Shown here one piece after another: positions 39,366-48,756 of a stretch of DNA of 54,860 nucleotides (positions are counted from its first letter, which is position 1; every line of letters starts with the position of its first letter). Source of the DNA: Maribacter sp. (GTDB lineage: Bacteria > Bacteroidota > Bacteroidia > Flavobacteriales > Flavobacteriaceae); assembly GCA_047632415.1 (NCBI GenBank), contig JBLICT010000001.1:1-54860 (forward strand), read 5' to 3'. The notes under the pieces are model-generated. The model ran no database searches. It was not told the origin of the DNA and saw only the letters and a list, made by a program, of their open reading frames with translations. A program made the translations under genes and the position numbers.

Positions 39366-40199
39366 ATGCAGACACCGTTAATAAAATATGTAAAAGGAGC
39401 GTTCACACTTCGCAAAGGAGTGCAAATACCCAAATAGGACTTTCGCGGGTATAAATCTAATATTAACGACAATGAATGTTACAGACGCTGTTTAAGCACG
39501 ATTAGATGTTGGTTATAGGGAAATTAATCCTGCTTCTGTTTATATGAATGAAAATGGGATAGGTATTAAAGAAAGCCATGTTCCAAGAGAAGCGGCTTTT
39601 GTAGTTTCCAAAGTTTGGAATGCAGACCAAGGATATATTGCTACCTTAGAGTTATTTGAGGATAGTTTGGAATGATTACAATTGGATTGCTAGATCTGTT
39701 TTTGGTGCACTGCCCAGTAAAAGGAAAATACAAGGAGAATTGGAAGGCTTTGGAACGGTTGTACGCAGACAAAAGTGAGGGCAATAGGCATAAGTAATTA
39801 TCTTCAACATCATTTGGAGGATGTAAAGTCCGACGCCAAAATAGTATCTATGGTTAATTAGATGGAATTCCATCCCTACCTGGATCAGCAGTCTTTACAA
39901 GATTTCTGTAATAAAAATACCGATCAGTATGAAACTTGGTCTCCATTCATGGTGGGTAAAGTGTTTGCCTTGGACTTTTGTAAGGTATTGGCTAAGAAAT
40001 ACGATAAATCCATTGCCTAGGTAATCCTCTGCTAAACCTTTAAAAAGGGATGGTAACCATCCCAAAATCAGCATATAGTAGCCGTGTCGGTTCCAATGCC
40101 GACATTTTTGATTTCGAATTATCTACTGCTGCTGCTTATTTGGATAGTATGAATCGTAATGAGCGAACTGGCGCGCATCCCGACCATTTCGATTTTTAA
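39366..40199 (+). pseudogene. Heavily decayed aldo/keto reductase (glyoxal reductase / 2,5-DKG reductase type)
   Basis: Colinear fragments LDVGYR, FVVSKVWNADQGY, DLFLVHCP, WKALERLY, RAIGISNY, MVN*MEFHPYL, WSPF, VTIPKS, NADIFDFELS and GAHPDHFDF*, with several stops and frameshifts. Confidence 0.88.
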
Positions 40200-40711
40200 G
40201 AACCCATAAACAAAGCCTTCAACTCCGTAGCCTCATCTGGTTTCATTTTGCCTGCAAGCACTAAACTGAGTTGTTTTCTGCGCAAGGCTCCTGCAAAGCG
40301 TTCTTTTTCCAAATCGGTTTCTGGGGATAACTGCGGTACTTCGGTAGGTTTTCCCGTTTCATCAACGGCCACAAAAGTATAAATAGCTTCGTTTGCTTTT
40401 GTTCTTTCACCGCTAAAACGATCTTCCATCCAAACATCGATATAGACTTCCATAGATGTCTTGAACGCACGTGAAACTGCCGCTTCAACCGTAACAACGC
40501 TGCCTAAAGGAACCGCTCTGTTAAAAGCAACATGGTTTACGGATGCCGTAACCGTAATGCGCCTACTATGCCTTCTTGCTGCGATACTCGCTGCCCGATC
40601 CATACGCGCTAAAAGCTCGCCTCCAAATAGGTTATTTAAAGGGTTGGTCTCACTGGGGAGCACCATATCCGTCATGGTAGTTCTAGATGCCGAAGGTAAT
40701 TTTGATTCCAT
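40196..40711 (-). CDS. Acyl-CoA thioesterase (HotDog, YciA-like)
   Basis: Motifs VLPSETNPLNNLFGGELLARMD, VTASV and YTFVAVDE. TATCTTTG -7 element at 40729-40736. Confidence 0.92.
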   Translation of the reverse strand: MESKLPSASRTTMTDMVLPSETNPLNNLFGGELLARMDRAASIAARRHSRRITVTASVNHVAFNRAVPLGSVVTVEAAVSRAFKTSMEVYIDVWMEDRFSGERTKANEAIYTFVAVDETGKPTEVPQLSPETDLEKERFAGALRRKQLSLVLAGKMKPDEATELKALFMGS

Positions 40712-40824
40712 CAAAAAAATAGTTTTCGCAAAGATACGGGGCTAAAAACAGATAAAGTACGGGATTAAGAATATTTTGATGCTATTGAGTTAACACCCAA
40801 ATATTTTTACCCCCACAGTTAGGA

Positions 40825-40841
40825 TTCCCCCTTTGGGGTTA
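40825..40841. repeat. Degenerate CCCC-N4-GGGG palindromic (REP-like) element
   Basis: TTCCCCCTTTGGGGTTA just after the SPOR gene stop. Confidence 0.35.
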
Positions 40842-40850
40842 TGTGGCTTT

Positions 40851-41810
40851 TTACTTTTCAGAAAGCAGCCATGCATCGGAAGATTCGGTGCGTTTAATCG
40901 CTCTTAAAGCTTCTAACGCCTCTTGGGCATTGTTACTGCGATTATAAGTAACCATGTGCAAGCCATATGCATTGGTACCGTAATAAGCAGCGTTGTAGCC
41001 TTTATTTCTTAAGCTTACTATTTTTCTATCCGCATTGGCTTTTATTCGAAAGGCACCGGCAACAATATGGTGTTTTGCAGTAACAATCGTTTTTTCTCGG
41101 ATGGAAACAGCATCAACATTAACGGTAGGAAGCTCTAAGGGGGTCGTATTAAAAAAAGTAGCCTCCTGTATTTGTTTGGTAACTTGTTTTTGGGCGTCTT
41201 GGCGGGCAACTTGCTCGTTTAGCAGTCCATTATTGTAAAAACGATATCCTGTAAGCCCGGTTGAAAGAGCTAGTAGAAGAATCGCTGCATATTTTAAATA
41301 AGGCCTAAAAGAACTGGCTTCGCGCTGTTCTGGACTAACAATAAAAGGTATTTGGTCTTCAATGGCGACTATTTCTTCCTTTAAAACTTCCCGAGTTACG
41401 GGTATAGCACTAAAAGGTGCCAAACCAAAAGAAGAAGTAAGGTAATTGACTTCCAAATACGGTTGGAACTGAATTTTGCCTTCTACATTGGTCGATAATA
41501 GACCAATGTATGGTAGGCTTAACTTTTCTCCATTGGCCAATTGTGAGTTCCACTGCTTGGCTGTTTCTTCAATGTTAGATAGGATTGTTTCAAACGAAGT
41601 TTTTTCGGCTTCTGCAATGTGAGAAACTAAAAGACCGTCATTGGAAGTCAACTGTTGGTTGAAACCAATAGATTTGGTTGGAGCAAAGAAAGTATTGGTG
41701 GTATCATTGATTCGCGCCGAGGTCTTTTGTGTAAGGAAAGCCCCAAATGTTGGGACAGCCACACAGTTATACCTGTAAAGCAATTCGCTGATATAGTGTT
41801 CTAGTACCAT
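40851..41810 (-). CDS. HU-like (CCDC81) N-domain / TM / SPOR-domain protein
   Basis: YISELLYRYNCVAVPTFGAF, one TM segment and SPOR-like HIVAGAFRIKANA...AWLL. Confidence 0.82.
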   Translation of the reverse strand: MVLEHYISELLYRYNCVAVPTFGAFLTQKTSARINDTTNTFFAPTKSIGFNQQLTSNDGLLVSHIAEAEKTSFETILSNIEETAKQWNSQLANGEKLSLPYIGLLSTNVEGKIQFQPYLEVNYLTSSFGLAPFSAIPVTREVLKEEIVAIEDQIPFIVSPEQREASSFRPYLKYAAILLLALSTGLTGYRFYNNGLLNEQVARQDAQKQVTKQIQEATFFNTTPLELPTVNVDAVSIREKTIVTAKHHIVAGAFRIKANADRKIVSLRNKGYNAAYYGTNAYGLHMVTYNRSNNAQEALEALRAIKRTESSDAWLLSEK

Positions 41811-41901
41811 ATAGAACAAATATCAAGAAAAAAAGGGGGCATAAAAACCCTTGCCCTAACTTTTTATTAACATTAATATTTGTAGTATTTTGCAGCTCCT
41901 G

Positions 41902-43020
41902 ATGAAACAATTCCAACATACTACGGATGAGCTCATTGCAATCTTAAGACTGCAACATGTGCCTAATATTGGCGATGTGATAGCAAAACGACTTATTACG
42001 CACTGCGGCAGTCCATCGGCTATTTTTGAAGCTAAACGGAACCAATTATTACAGATTGATGGTATCGGCACTCATACCATAAAACATTTGTTCGATGCAG
42101 AACATTTGCAGGCTGCCGAAACGGAGTGTCTGTTTATAACTTCCAATGATGTGGAGTGGACCTACTTTCAAGACGCAGACTTTCCACACTATTTAAAGCA
42201 CTGTATCGATAGTCCCATCTTACTTTTTAAAAAAGGGAAGATAGATTTAGAAGGGCGAAAGCTCATTAGTGTAGTCGGGACAAGAAAAATTACGAGTTAT
42301 GGCATTGCTTTTTGTGAACGGTTTATTGCGGATATTGCTGTCTTGAACCCGATTATCGTAAGCGGTTTTGCGTATGGGGTAGATATTTGTATACAACGGG
42401 AGGCTATAAAACACGGCTTACAGACAATAGGCTGTTTGGCACATGGTTTAAACCAGATATATCCTAAAATACATGCCAAATACCAGGCCGATGTTTGCGC
42501 TAATGGTGGATTCTTTACAGAATTCTGGAGTACCAGTAGTCCGGAACGAGAGAACTTTCTAAAAAGAAACCGCATAATTGCAGGTATGAGCGAAGCTACT
42601 TTGGTAGTAGAATCTGCCGAAAAAGGCGGAAGCTTGGTTACGGCCGATATTGCTAATAGTTATAATAGGGATGTTTTTGCCGTTCCGGGACGTACTTCCG
42701 ATAAGTATAGTCTAGGTTGTAATAACTTAATAAAACAGCAAAAAGCCCATATGCTAACTTCTGCAGCCGATTTGATTTATCTGCTGGATTGGAATTTGGA
42801 AGAAAAGGAAACGAAGTCTGTACAAAAACAGTTATTCGTAGATCTGGACGAAACGGAACAGCGTATTTATACCTACTTACAACAAAATGGCAAACAGTTG
42901 TTGGACAATATCGCCCTCTCTTGTAAGATTCCAATTTTTAAGGCCTCTTCTACCTTATTAGCTATGGAGATGAAGGGGGTTATCCGGCCTTTACCAGGTA
43001 AATTATTCGAGGCTATTTAG
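41902..43020 (+). CDS. dprA: DNA-processing protein DprA
   Basis: Motifs VVGTR, IVSGFAYGVD, FLKRNRIIAG, VVESAEKGGSLVTA and VFAVPG. C-terminal winged helix. Confidence 0.95.
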   Translation: MKQFQHTTDELIAILRLQHVPNIGDVIAKRLITHCGSPSAIFEAKRNQLLQIDGIGTHTIKHLFDAEHLQAAETECLFITSNDVEWTYFQDADFPHYLKHCIDSPILLFKKGKIDLEGRKLISVVGTRKITSYGIAFCERFIADIAVLNPIIVSGFAYGVDICIQREAIKHGLQTIGCLAHGLNQIYPKIHAKYQADVCANGGFFTEFWSTSSPERENFLKRNRIIAGMSEATLVVESAEKGGSLVTADIANSYNRDVFAVPGRTSDKYSLGCNNLIKQQKAHMLTSAADLIYLLDWNLEEKETKSVQKQLFVDLDETEQRIYTYLQQNGKQLLDNIALSCKIPIFKASSTLLAMEMKGVIRPLPGKLFEAI

Positions 43021-43027
43021 AGAATTT

Positions 43028-43045
43028 ACCGACTACTCGGTCTAA
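43028..43045. promoter_or_regulatory. Putative TetR operator, copy 6
   Basis: ACCGACT-ACTC-GGTCTAA, 7 bp after the dprA stop. Confidence 0.55.
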
Positions 43046-43452
43046 AGTCACCTTTTTCTAATCTATCAAATTATGATATCGTGCAGTTTATCGGGTTTTT
43101 AATTTTGGATGACGCTGTTTTTATCCAATGTATTATGGGCTAAGGTTTCTTAAACCGATCAAAAGGTCTATTCTATTTGATACTACTACCATTACAGAAG
43201 CGTCAGTTTGTAGTTGGTGGATATAGCAGTAGATATATTTTAGACATGTTGTGTCCTTCTTCTCCAAAACTCTTTAAAAAATGTTTAAACAGTATGCTCA
43301 TTCCTTGTTTTTCACCCATAGTTAACTTTGTAAATTACTAGTTAAAAACGAGCACCAGCAATCATTTTTTATGCTAGTATCCTATAAAATCAGTACTAGT
43401 AAATAGTTATTTTCAGATTTTAGTTATTTTCGCATTCCATAAAAACAAATAA

Positions 43453-44211
43453 ATGCAGAAGTCGATTGTTGTTCTAGTAGTATTTCTTTTTGGTTTAACC
43501 AGTTTTGGCCAGAAAAAAAAGGATTTGATTAAAGAAGTAGCTGAGTTAAAAGCACAAGCTGTTGAAATGCAGGCTCAATTGAATGTAATAGCGAAAGCCA
43601 AGGAATTGAACTTACAGGACAGCCTTCAAAAGTTTAGCTATGCCTTTGGCACGAGTATTGGAAGCAACCTAAAGGCAGTAGGTTTTGATTCGCTATCCTA
43701 CAATGCCTTCTCCATAGCCTTACAAGATGCTATTAAGGGCGAAGAAAAGATGGCAGTTAAAGAGGCGCAAAAACTTATTCAGACCACTATTCAAGGAAAA
43801 CAAGAGGCATTAGCCAAAGAACAAAGTGCGGAAGGTGAACGTTTCTTGGCAGAGAACGGAAAAAGACCCGAAGTAGTTACTACCGAAAGTGGGCTACAGT
43901 ATGAAATTATAAACAAAAGCGATGGTACCATTCCTATAGCAACGGACAAGGTAAAAGTGCATTACTCAGGAACACTCATCGAAGGAACGGTATTTGACAG
44001 TTCTATAGAGCGAGGCGAACCCACTAGTTTTGGAGTTTCTCAGGTTATTAGTGGCTGGACAGAAGCCTTATTACTAATGCCAGTCGGTTCTAAATGGAAG
44101 GTATTTATACCCCAAGACTTAGCTTATGGACAAAGAGGTGCAGGAGGCGGTTCCATACCACCTTATGCCGTATTGATTTTTGAAATGGAATTATTGGCGA
44201 TTGAGAAATAG
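43453..44211 (+). CDS. FKBP-type peptidyl-prolyl cis-trans isomerase (FkpA/Mip-like)
   Basis: Signal peptide, SYAFG, TESGLQY, VHYSGTL, VFDSS, VISGWTEAL and LAYG. Confidence 0.95.
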   Translation: MQKSIVVLVVFLFGLTSFGQKKKDLIKEVAELKAQAVEMQAQLNVIAKAKELNLQDSLQKFSYAFGTSIGSNLKAVGFDSLSYNAFSIALQDAIKGEEKMAVKEAQKLIQTTIQGKQEALAKEQSAEGERFLAENGKRPEVVTTESGLQYEIINKSDGTIPIATDKVKVHYSGTLIEGTVFDSSIERGEPTSFGVSQVISGWTEALLLMPVGSKWKVFIPQDLAYGQRGAGGGSIPPYAVLIFEMELLAIEK

Positions 44212-44217
44212 TGGGTA

Positions 44218-45186
44218 TTAATACCCTAACTTCTCTCTAACGCGTTCCAAAACTCCATCGGCTACTTTCCTAGCTTTTTGGGCACCTAAAGCTAAGGCTT
44301 CGTCTACTTCGTTCAAATGGTTCATGTAGTATTCAAACTTTTCACGTGGTTCTTCAAATTTGTTTTGGATGACCTCGTATAACGCTTGTTTGGCATGTCC
44401 ATAGCCATAATTTCCAGCCAAGTAGTTGGCGCTCATGTCTTCTATCTGTGGCTGTGACGCCAATATTTTATAAAGCGCAAATACGTTGTCCGTACTGGGG
44501 TCTTTAGGGTCTTCCATAGGTGTACTATCAGTTTGTATGCCCATGATTTGTTTTCGTAGTTTTTTATCGGTCTGAAAAAGATTTATAAGATTTCCCTTGC
44601 TCTTACTCATTTTTGCCCCATCTGTTCCTGGAATGTACATGGTATCTTCTTGAACTTTTCCTTCAGGTAATACAAAGGTATCGCCCAATTGTGCATGGAA
44701 ACGGGAAGCTACATCACGGGTCATTTCTATATGTTGCATTTGGTCTTTTCCTACGGGTACAATGTTAGCATCGTACAGTAGAATATCCGCTGCCATGAGC
44801 ATAGGATAGGTAAAGAGCCCGGCATTTACATCTTCCAAACGATCGGATTTATCCTTAAAGGAATGTGCCAAGGTAAGGCGTTGGTAGGGGAAAAAGCAGC
44901 TGAGGTACCAAGATAGTTCCGTTACTTGAGGAACATCACTTTGTCTGTAGAAAACTGTTTTCTCTACATCTAGTCCAAAGGCTAACCAAGTTGCGGCGGT
45001 GGCATAGGTGTTATTTCTAAGTTCAGGCCCATCTTTTATTTGGGTAAGAGAATGCATATCTGCAATAAATAGAAAGGATTCGTTTTTTGGGTTTTGCGCC
45101 ATTTCTATGGCGGGGATAATAGCACCTAGGATGTTTCCTAAATGTGGTGTTCCTGTGCTTTGGATACCTGTTAATATTCTAGCCAT
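44218..45186 (-). CDS. trpS: Tryptophan--tRNA ligase
   Basis: Motifs HLGN, YPMLMAADIL, VPVGKDQ and KMSKS. TACCTTTG -7 element at 45207-45214. Confidence 0.98.
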   Translation of the reverse strand: MARILTGIQSTGTPHLGNILGAIIPAIEMAQNPKNESFLFIADMHSLTQIKDGPELRNNTYATAATWLAFGLDVEKTVFYRQSDVPQVTELSWYLSCFFPYQRLTLAHSFKDKSDRLEDVNAGLFTYPMLMAADILLYDANIVPVGKDQMQHIEMTRDVASRFHAQLGDTFVLPEGKVQEDTMYIPGTDGAKMSKSKGNLINLFQTDKKLRKQIMGIQTDSTPMEDPKDPSTDNVFALYKILASQPQIEDMSANYLAGNYGYGHAKQALYEVIQNKFEEPREKFEYYMNHLNEVDEALALGAQKARKVADGVLERVREKLGY

Positions 45187-45257
45187 TTGCTTTTATGATA
45201 AGAAAGCAAAGGTAAAACAAATCAAAAAATAAGAGCCGAAATACCTATTTTTGATTC

Positions 45258-46004
45258 ATGCTCAAAATGATTAGGCGTATTGGCCATGTATTGTACCGTA
45301 TTTGGTTTTATATTATGGTGGCGTTACCCATACTCCTTTTTTTTCCATTTCTGCTGTTGTTTGCTTCGAAGGAGGCTTGGTATCCTCAATTTTTTTGGAT
45401 GGCACGCAATATATGGGCCAAACCCATCCTTTATGGCATGGGCTGTCCACCAAAAGTGGTATATGAGCAACGTTTGGTTAAAAGGGAGAGCTACATGTTG
45501 GTCGCCAATCATACTAGTATGCTGGATATTATGCTGATGCTCTATGTGAGTAAAAATCCTTTTGTATTCGTAGGTAAAAAGGAATTGGTTAAAATACCCT
45601 TATTTGGTTTCTTCTATAAACGGGTCTGTATTTTGGTAGATAGGGAAGATACCCGCAGTAGAACTGGGGTTTATCGTAGGGCACAAAAAAGACTCAACCA
45701 AGGGCTAAGTATCTGTATTTTTCCGGAAGGAGGTGTGCCAGAAGAACATATTTTACTAGATAAATTTAAGGATGGCGCTTTTAGAATGGCAATTAGTCAT
45801 AACATAGCGGTAGTACCCATAACATTTTACGACAACAAAAAAAGATTCTCTTTTACATTCTTTAGCGGAGGACCGGGAATAAGTCGCGCCAAAGTCCATG
45901 AGTTTTTTGAAACAGGTATTCTGGCTCAAGACGATACATCTACCTTACGAGAAGAAGTAAGAGACGTAATTCTATCCGAATTAAACCCTAGTATTAAAAC
46001 TTAA
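45258..46004 (+). CDS. 1-acyl-sn-glycerol-3-phosphate acyltransferase (PlsC family)
   Basis: Motifs NHTSMLD, FPEGG and FKDGAF. Confidence 0.92.
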   Translation: MLKMIRRIGHVLYRIWFYIMVALPILLFFPFLLLFASKEAWYPQFFWMARNIWAKPILYGMGCPPKVVYEQRLVKRESYMLVANHTSMLDIMLMLYVSKNPFVFVGKKELVKIPLFGFFYKRVCILVDREDTRSRTGVYRRAQKRLNQGLSICIFPEGGVPEEHILLDKFKDGAFRMAISHNIAVVPITFYDNKKRFSFTFFSGGPGISRAKVHEFFETGILAQDDTSTLREEVRDVILSELNPSIKT

Positions 46005-47628
46005 AGCTAAGTCCGCTATAAAGACCCAAGGCATAAGGGTTAAACGTACCATCTGTTTCCGAGAAGGTATTAAGCTGATATTTGAATACAGGTTCAATGT
46101 TCAATTGAATATTCTGTGAAAACTTATAGTTAACACCAAGCCCAAAATTTGCACTAAAATTAAGGTCGTTTAGGTTATTTGCATCGCCCATTTCTGTAGT
46201 AAGGTCGCCAGAAGTCAGCGCAACTGAGTTGTCTACCAAAAACAAGGAACTTACTCCACCGATAACATTTAGCCCGAACTTCTTGTCTATAAGAGCGTAA
46301 TTTAATTCTACCGGAATTTCTAAATAACCCATTTGCTGTGTCATGACACCTTCTCTTTCTACATTTTGAGCAGAAACGTCTAATGAATTAGTGGGGGCTT
46401 GTGCAAGAGCGCTTCCGCCTGGTTTGCTGGAGACAACTAAATTTTTAGAGGTTACCCGATAGTTTATGTTATCTATCTGCCCGTTTGTTGAGGCTATAGG
46501 AGAGGATGAAAAGGCGATATCATTAGTGTCGTAACCGTAGTCTACCTTATGAATTCCTGAGCGAACAGTAAGTTTGGGACTTATTTCGTATCCTACGGAT
46601 AGCCCATAACTCATATTGATGTTTCCCGATTTAGCATTTGGCACAAAGATGGAGTGTACGGAGGAACCTTCTCCTATAGCATTAAAGTAAACAGGGGCTA
46701 CACTGGGCCCGACCGACCATTTTTTGGTAGATGCTTTTGCAACAGCTTCTTCTTCTTTAATTTCTATTTCGTCGAAAATAGATTTTTTATTAGCAGTATT
46801 TAGACTGTCTTTCTTAAGTGCCGCTTCATTTGTTGCTACTTGGGATTCTTTGCTAGTAGCACCTAATTTTTCTACTGCATTCAAGTCAATTAAACCGTTT
46901 GTAATTGTTGTTTTTTCGGCTGTTTCTGTATTGTTGGCAGCTATCGCTGTTTCGTTATTGTCGCTTACTATTATTTCTGCCGCATCCGAATTTTGAGCAG
47001 AATTTATTTCATTAGTAGTTTGTTGAAGGGATTCTTGTGATTCAGCAATAGCACTATCGGTTTTCAGTTTTGGTTTATTGATATCCTGATATGCTTTGTT
47101 TTTTAGTTTGTTGCTATTTTGGTCCCCTGTGTTTTGTGTTTGTACAACAACCTCTTTTTCTTTAGACCAATCGCTACCAGTTACGTCCTTCTTTTGCTGG
47201 TTGGTATCTTGCGCATTTTCAGAAGAATTAATTTGAGTAACGTCCGTAGTTACCACCTGTTCTTCGGTTTCTTCTAAAATGGATTTCGTTTTATTATCTG
47301 TGGCCACTTCAATGACGTCTTCGTTATTTTGGTCTATTTTTAAAACTTTAGAAGCATCACTTGGATTTGTAATAGTGTCTGTGTTGTTCTGCTCTGTGTT
47401 TGTTATAATCTGTTCTGCAGAGGTATTTTTATTGAAGGGGTTAAAAACAAGGAATCCCACCAACAATGCTGCGGCAATACCACCAAGAGACCACCATAAC
47501 GGCAGTACTCGTTTCTTTTTCTTTTTGTCCAGCGAAGTTTCAATAGAAGCCCAAACGCTATCGTCGGGGGATTCCTTGAAATCCGAGAGGGTATCTCGGA
47601 AAAGTTCGTCTAATTTCTTTTTATTCAT
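45994..47628 (-). CDS. Putative dual-membrane-spanning anti-sigma factor (anti-sigma domain, TM, disordered linker, C-terminal outer-membrane beta-barrel)
   Basis: LDELFRDTL..PDDSVWASIE, then KKKKKR plus a TM, a long N/T/E/K/Q-rich linker and beta-strands (YLEIPVELNY) ending SFKF. Downstream of an ECF sigma. Confidence 0.8.
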   Translation of the reverse strand: MNKKKLDELFRDTLSDFKESPDDSVWASIETSLDKKKKKRVLPLWWSLGGIAAALLVGFLVFNPFNKNTSAEQIITNTEQNNTDTITNPSDASKVLKIDQNNEDVIEVATDNKTKSILEETEEQVVTTDVTQINSSENAQDTNQQKKDVTGSDWSKEKEVVVQTQNTGDQNSNKLKNKAYQDINKPKLKTDSAIAESQESLQQTTNEINSAQNSDAAEIIVSDNNETAIAANNTETAEKTTITNGLIDLNAVEKLGATSKESQVATNEAALKKDSLNTANKKSIFDEIEIKEEEAVAKASTKKWSVGPSVAPVYFNAIGEGSSVHSIFVPNAKSGNINMSYGLSVGYEISPKLTVRSGIHKVDYGYDTNDIAFSSSPIASTNGQIDNINYRVTSKNLVVSSKPGGSALAQAPTNSLDVSAQNVEREGVMTQQMGYLEIPVELNYALIDKKFGLNVIGGVSSLFLVDNSVALTSGDLTTEMGDANNLNDLNFSANFGLGVNYKFSQNIQLNIEPVFKYQLNTFSETDGTFNPYALGLYSGLSFKF

Positions 47629-47664
47629 CTGTATAAAACTTATTTTTATAGTGATTCCTAGGAA

Positions 47665-48228
47665 TCAAAAATAATTTCCAATCAAAACGGCTATGCCAAT
47701 AATGGTCTGGAGAATCTTCGTTTGTATTTTTTCTTTTAAAAGTATTCGTGCACGTGCAAGATTGGACTTCGATGTCCCTGCCGTTGTTCCTAATAACTCA
47801 CCAATTTCCTTGTGTGTATGGCCATCCAATACATAAAGGTTAAACGTGGCTCTGTACTTGTTCGGAAGTTCTTTAATATATTCCAAAAGGGTCTGTAAAG
47901 AAATATCGTTGTCTTGCGTATCTATCATTACCTCTTCTTCCGTGTTTTCGTTTATAACACTTAAATGCTCTTCTTTTCTATATTTTTGTAGTACCGTATT
48001 TACAGTTATACGTTTCATCCAACCTTCAAATGACCCTTTAGAAGAAAACTGATCTATTTTTTCATAAATGGTCATAAAACTATCGTGTAAACTGTCCTCG
48101 GCTTCTGTTTTGTTTTTAGAATATTTAACGCAAACCCCATAAAGTACACCAGAATAGGTGCGGTACAGTTGTTCCTGCGCCCTACGGTCACCCTTTCTAC
48201 AATGCAGTATGAGTTCCTCTTGACTCAC
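47665..48228 (-). CDS. ECF RNA polymerase sigma-70 factor
   Basis: Motifs AQEQLY, GSFEGWMKRI, FNLYVLDGHTHKEIG and GTSKSNLARAR. GTG start. Confidence 0.93.
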   Translation of the reverse strand: MSQEELILHCRKGDRRAQEQLYRTYSGVLYGVCVKYSKNKTEAEDSLHDSFMTIYEKIDQFSSKGSFEGWMKRITVNTVLQKYRKEEHLSVINENTEEEVMIDTQDNDISLQTLLEYIKELPNKYRATFNLYVLDGHTHKEIGELLGTTAGTSKSNLARARILLKEKIQTKILQTIIGIAVLIGNYF

Positions 48229-48252
48229 TTAAAATAGTTGGTTTTTTGGGTT

Positions 48253-48672
48253 TTAGCTTACAGGTACAATTACCTCTAAATATTCATTTTCACCCTCACT
48301 ATCTTCCCCTTGATAAAATTTAAAGGTGTAAGGCTGGTCATGAATAACGGTAAAATTGAAAGAAGCTTGTGCTTCAATAGTTTCTTCCGTACAGCCTTGT
48401 TGATCTGTCCTTACATAACCGATAGCAACCACGTTTCTTATGGTGGTATCTTCTTGAGTTACTTCAAATCCATCAAAAAGAGCGCAGTTGTTGGGTAATG
48501 TATAATCTACTATAACCTCATAGGTTTCATTCAGTTCAAAGGATTGTGGTAGGTTTACCGTATTTATCCTAAGGGCGGTAAAATGAAAATTTGGACCATC
48601 ATCATCTAGAGAGCAACCCCCTAGAAATAACCCTGTACAAAACAGCAGGAATATTAATTTGTTCCTCATCAT
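48253..48672 (-). CDS. Small lipoprotein, first gene of ECF operon (possibly NigD-like)
   Basis: Lipobox FLGGC followed by acidic SLDDD. Beta-rich, with a Cys pair. Confidence 0.7.
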   Translation of the reverse strand: MMRNKLIFLLFCTGLFLGGCSLDDDGPNFHFTALRINTVNLPQSFELNETYEVIVDYTLPNNCALFDGFEVTQEDTTIRNVVAIGYVRTDQQGCTEETIEAQASFNFTVIHDQPYTFKFYQGEDSEGENEYLEVIVPVS

Positions 48673-48690
48673 AGCACTTTCTTTTTAGTT

Positions 48691-48722
48691 TTAAGATGAA
48701 AATAGTCCGCAAGGGTTGCGTA
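48691..48722 (-). promoter_or_regulatory. Putative autoregulatory ECF promoter
   Basis: Minus strand TACGCAACC-N15-CATCTTAA, 18 bp upstream of the lipoprotein start. Matches 50113-50144. Confidence 0.65.
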
Positions 48723-48756
48723 AAAGATTAAAAAATCAATAAGTAATAGGTTTTCT

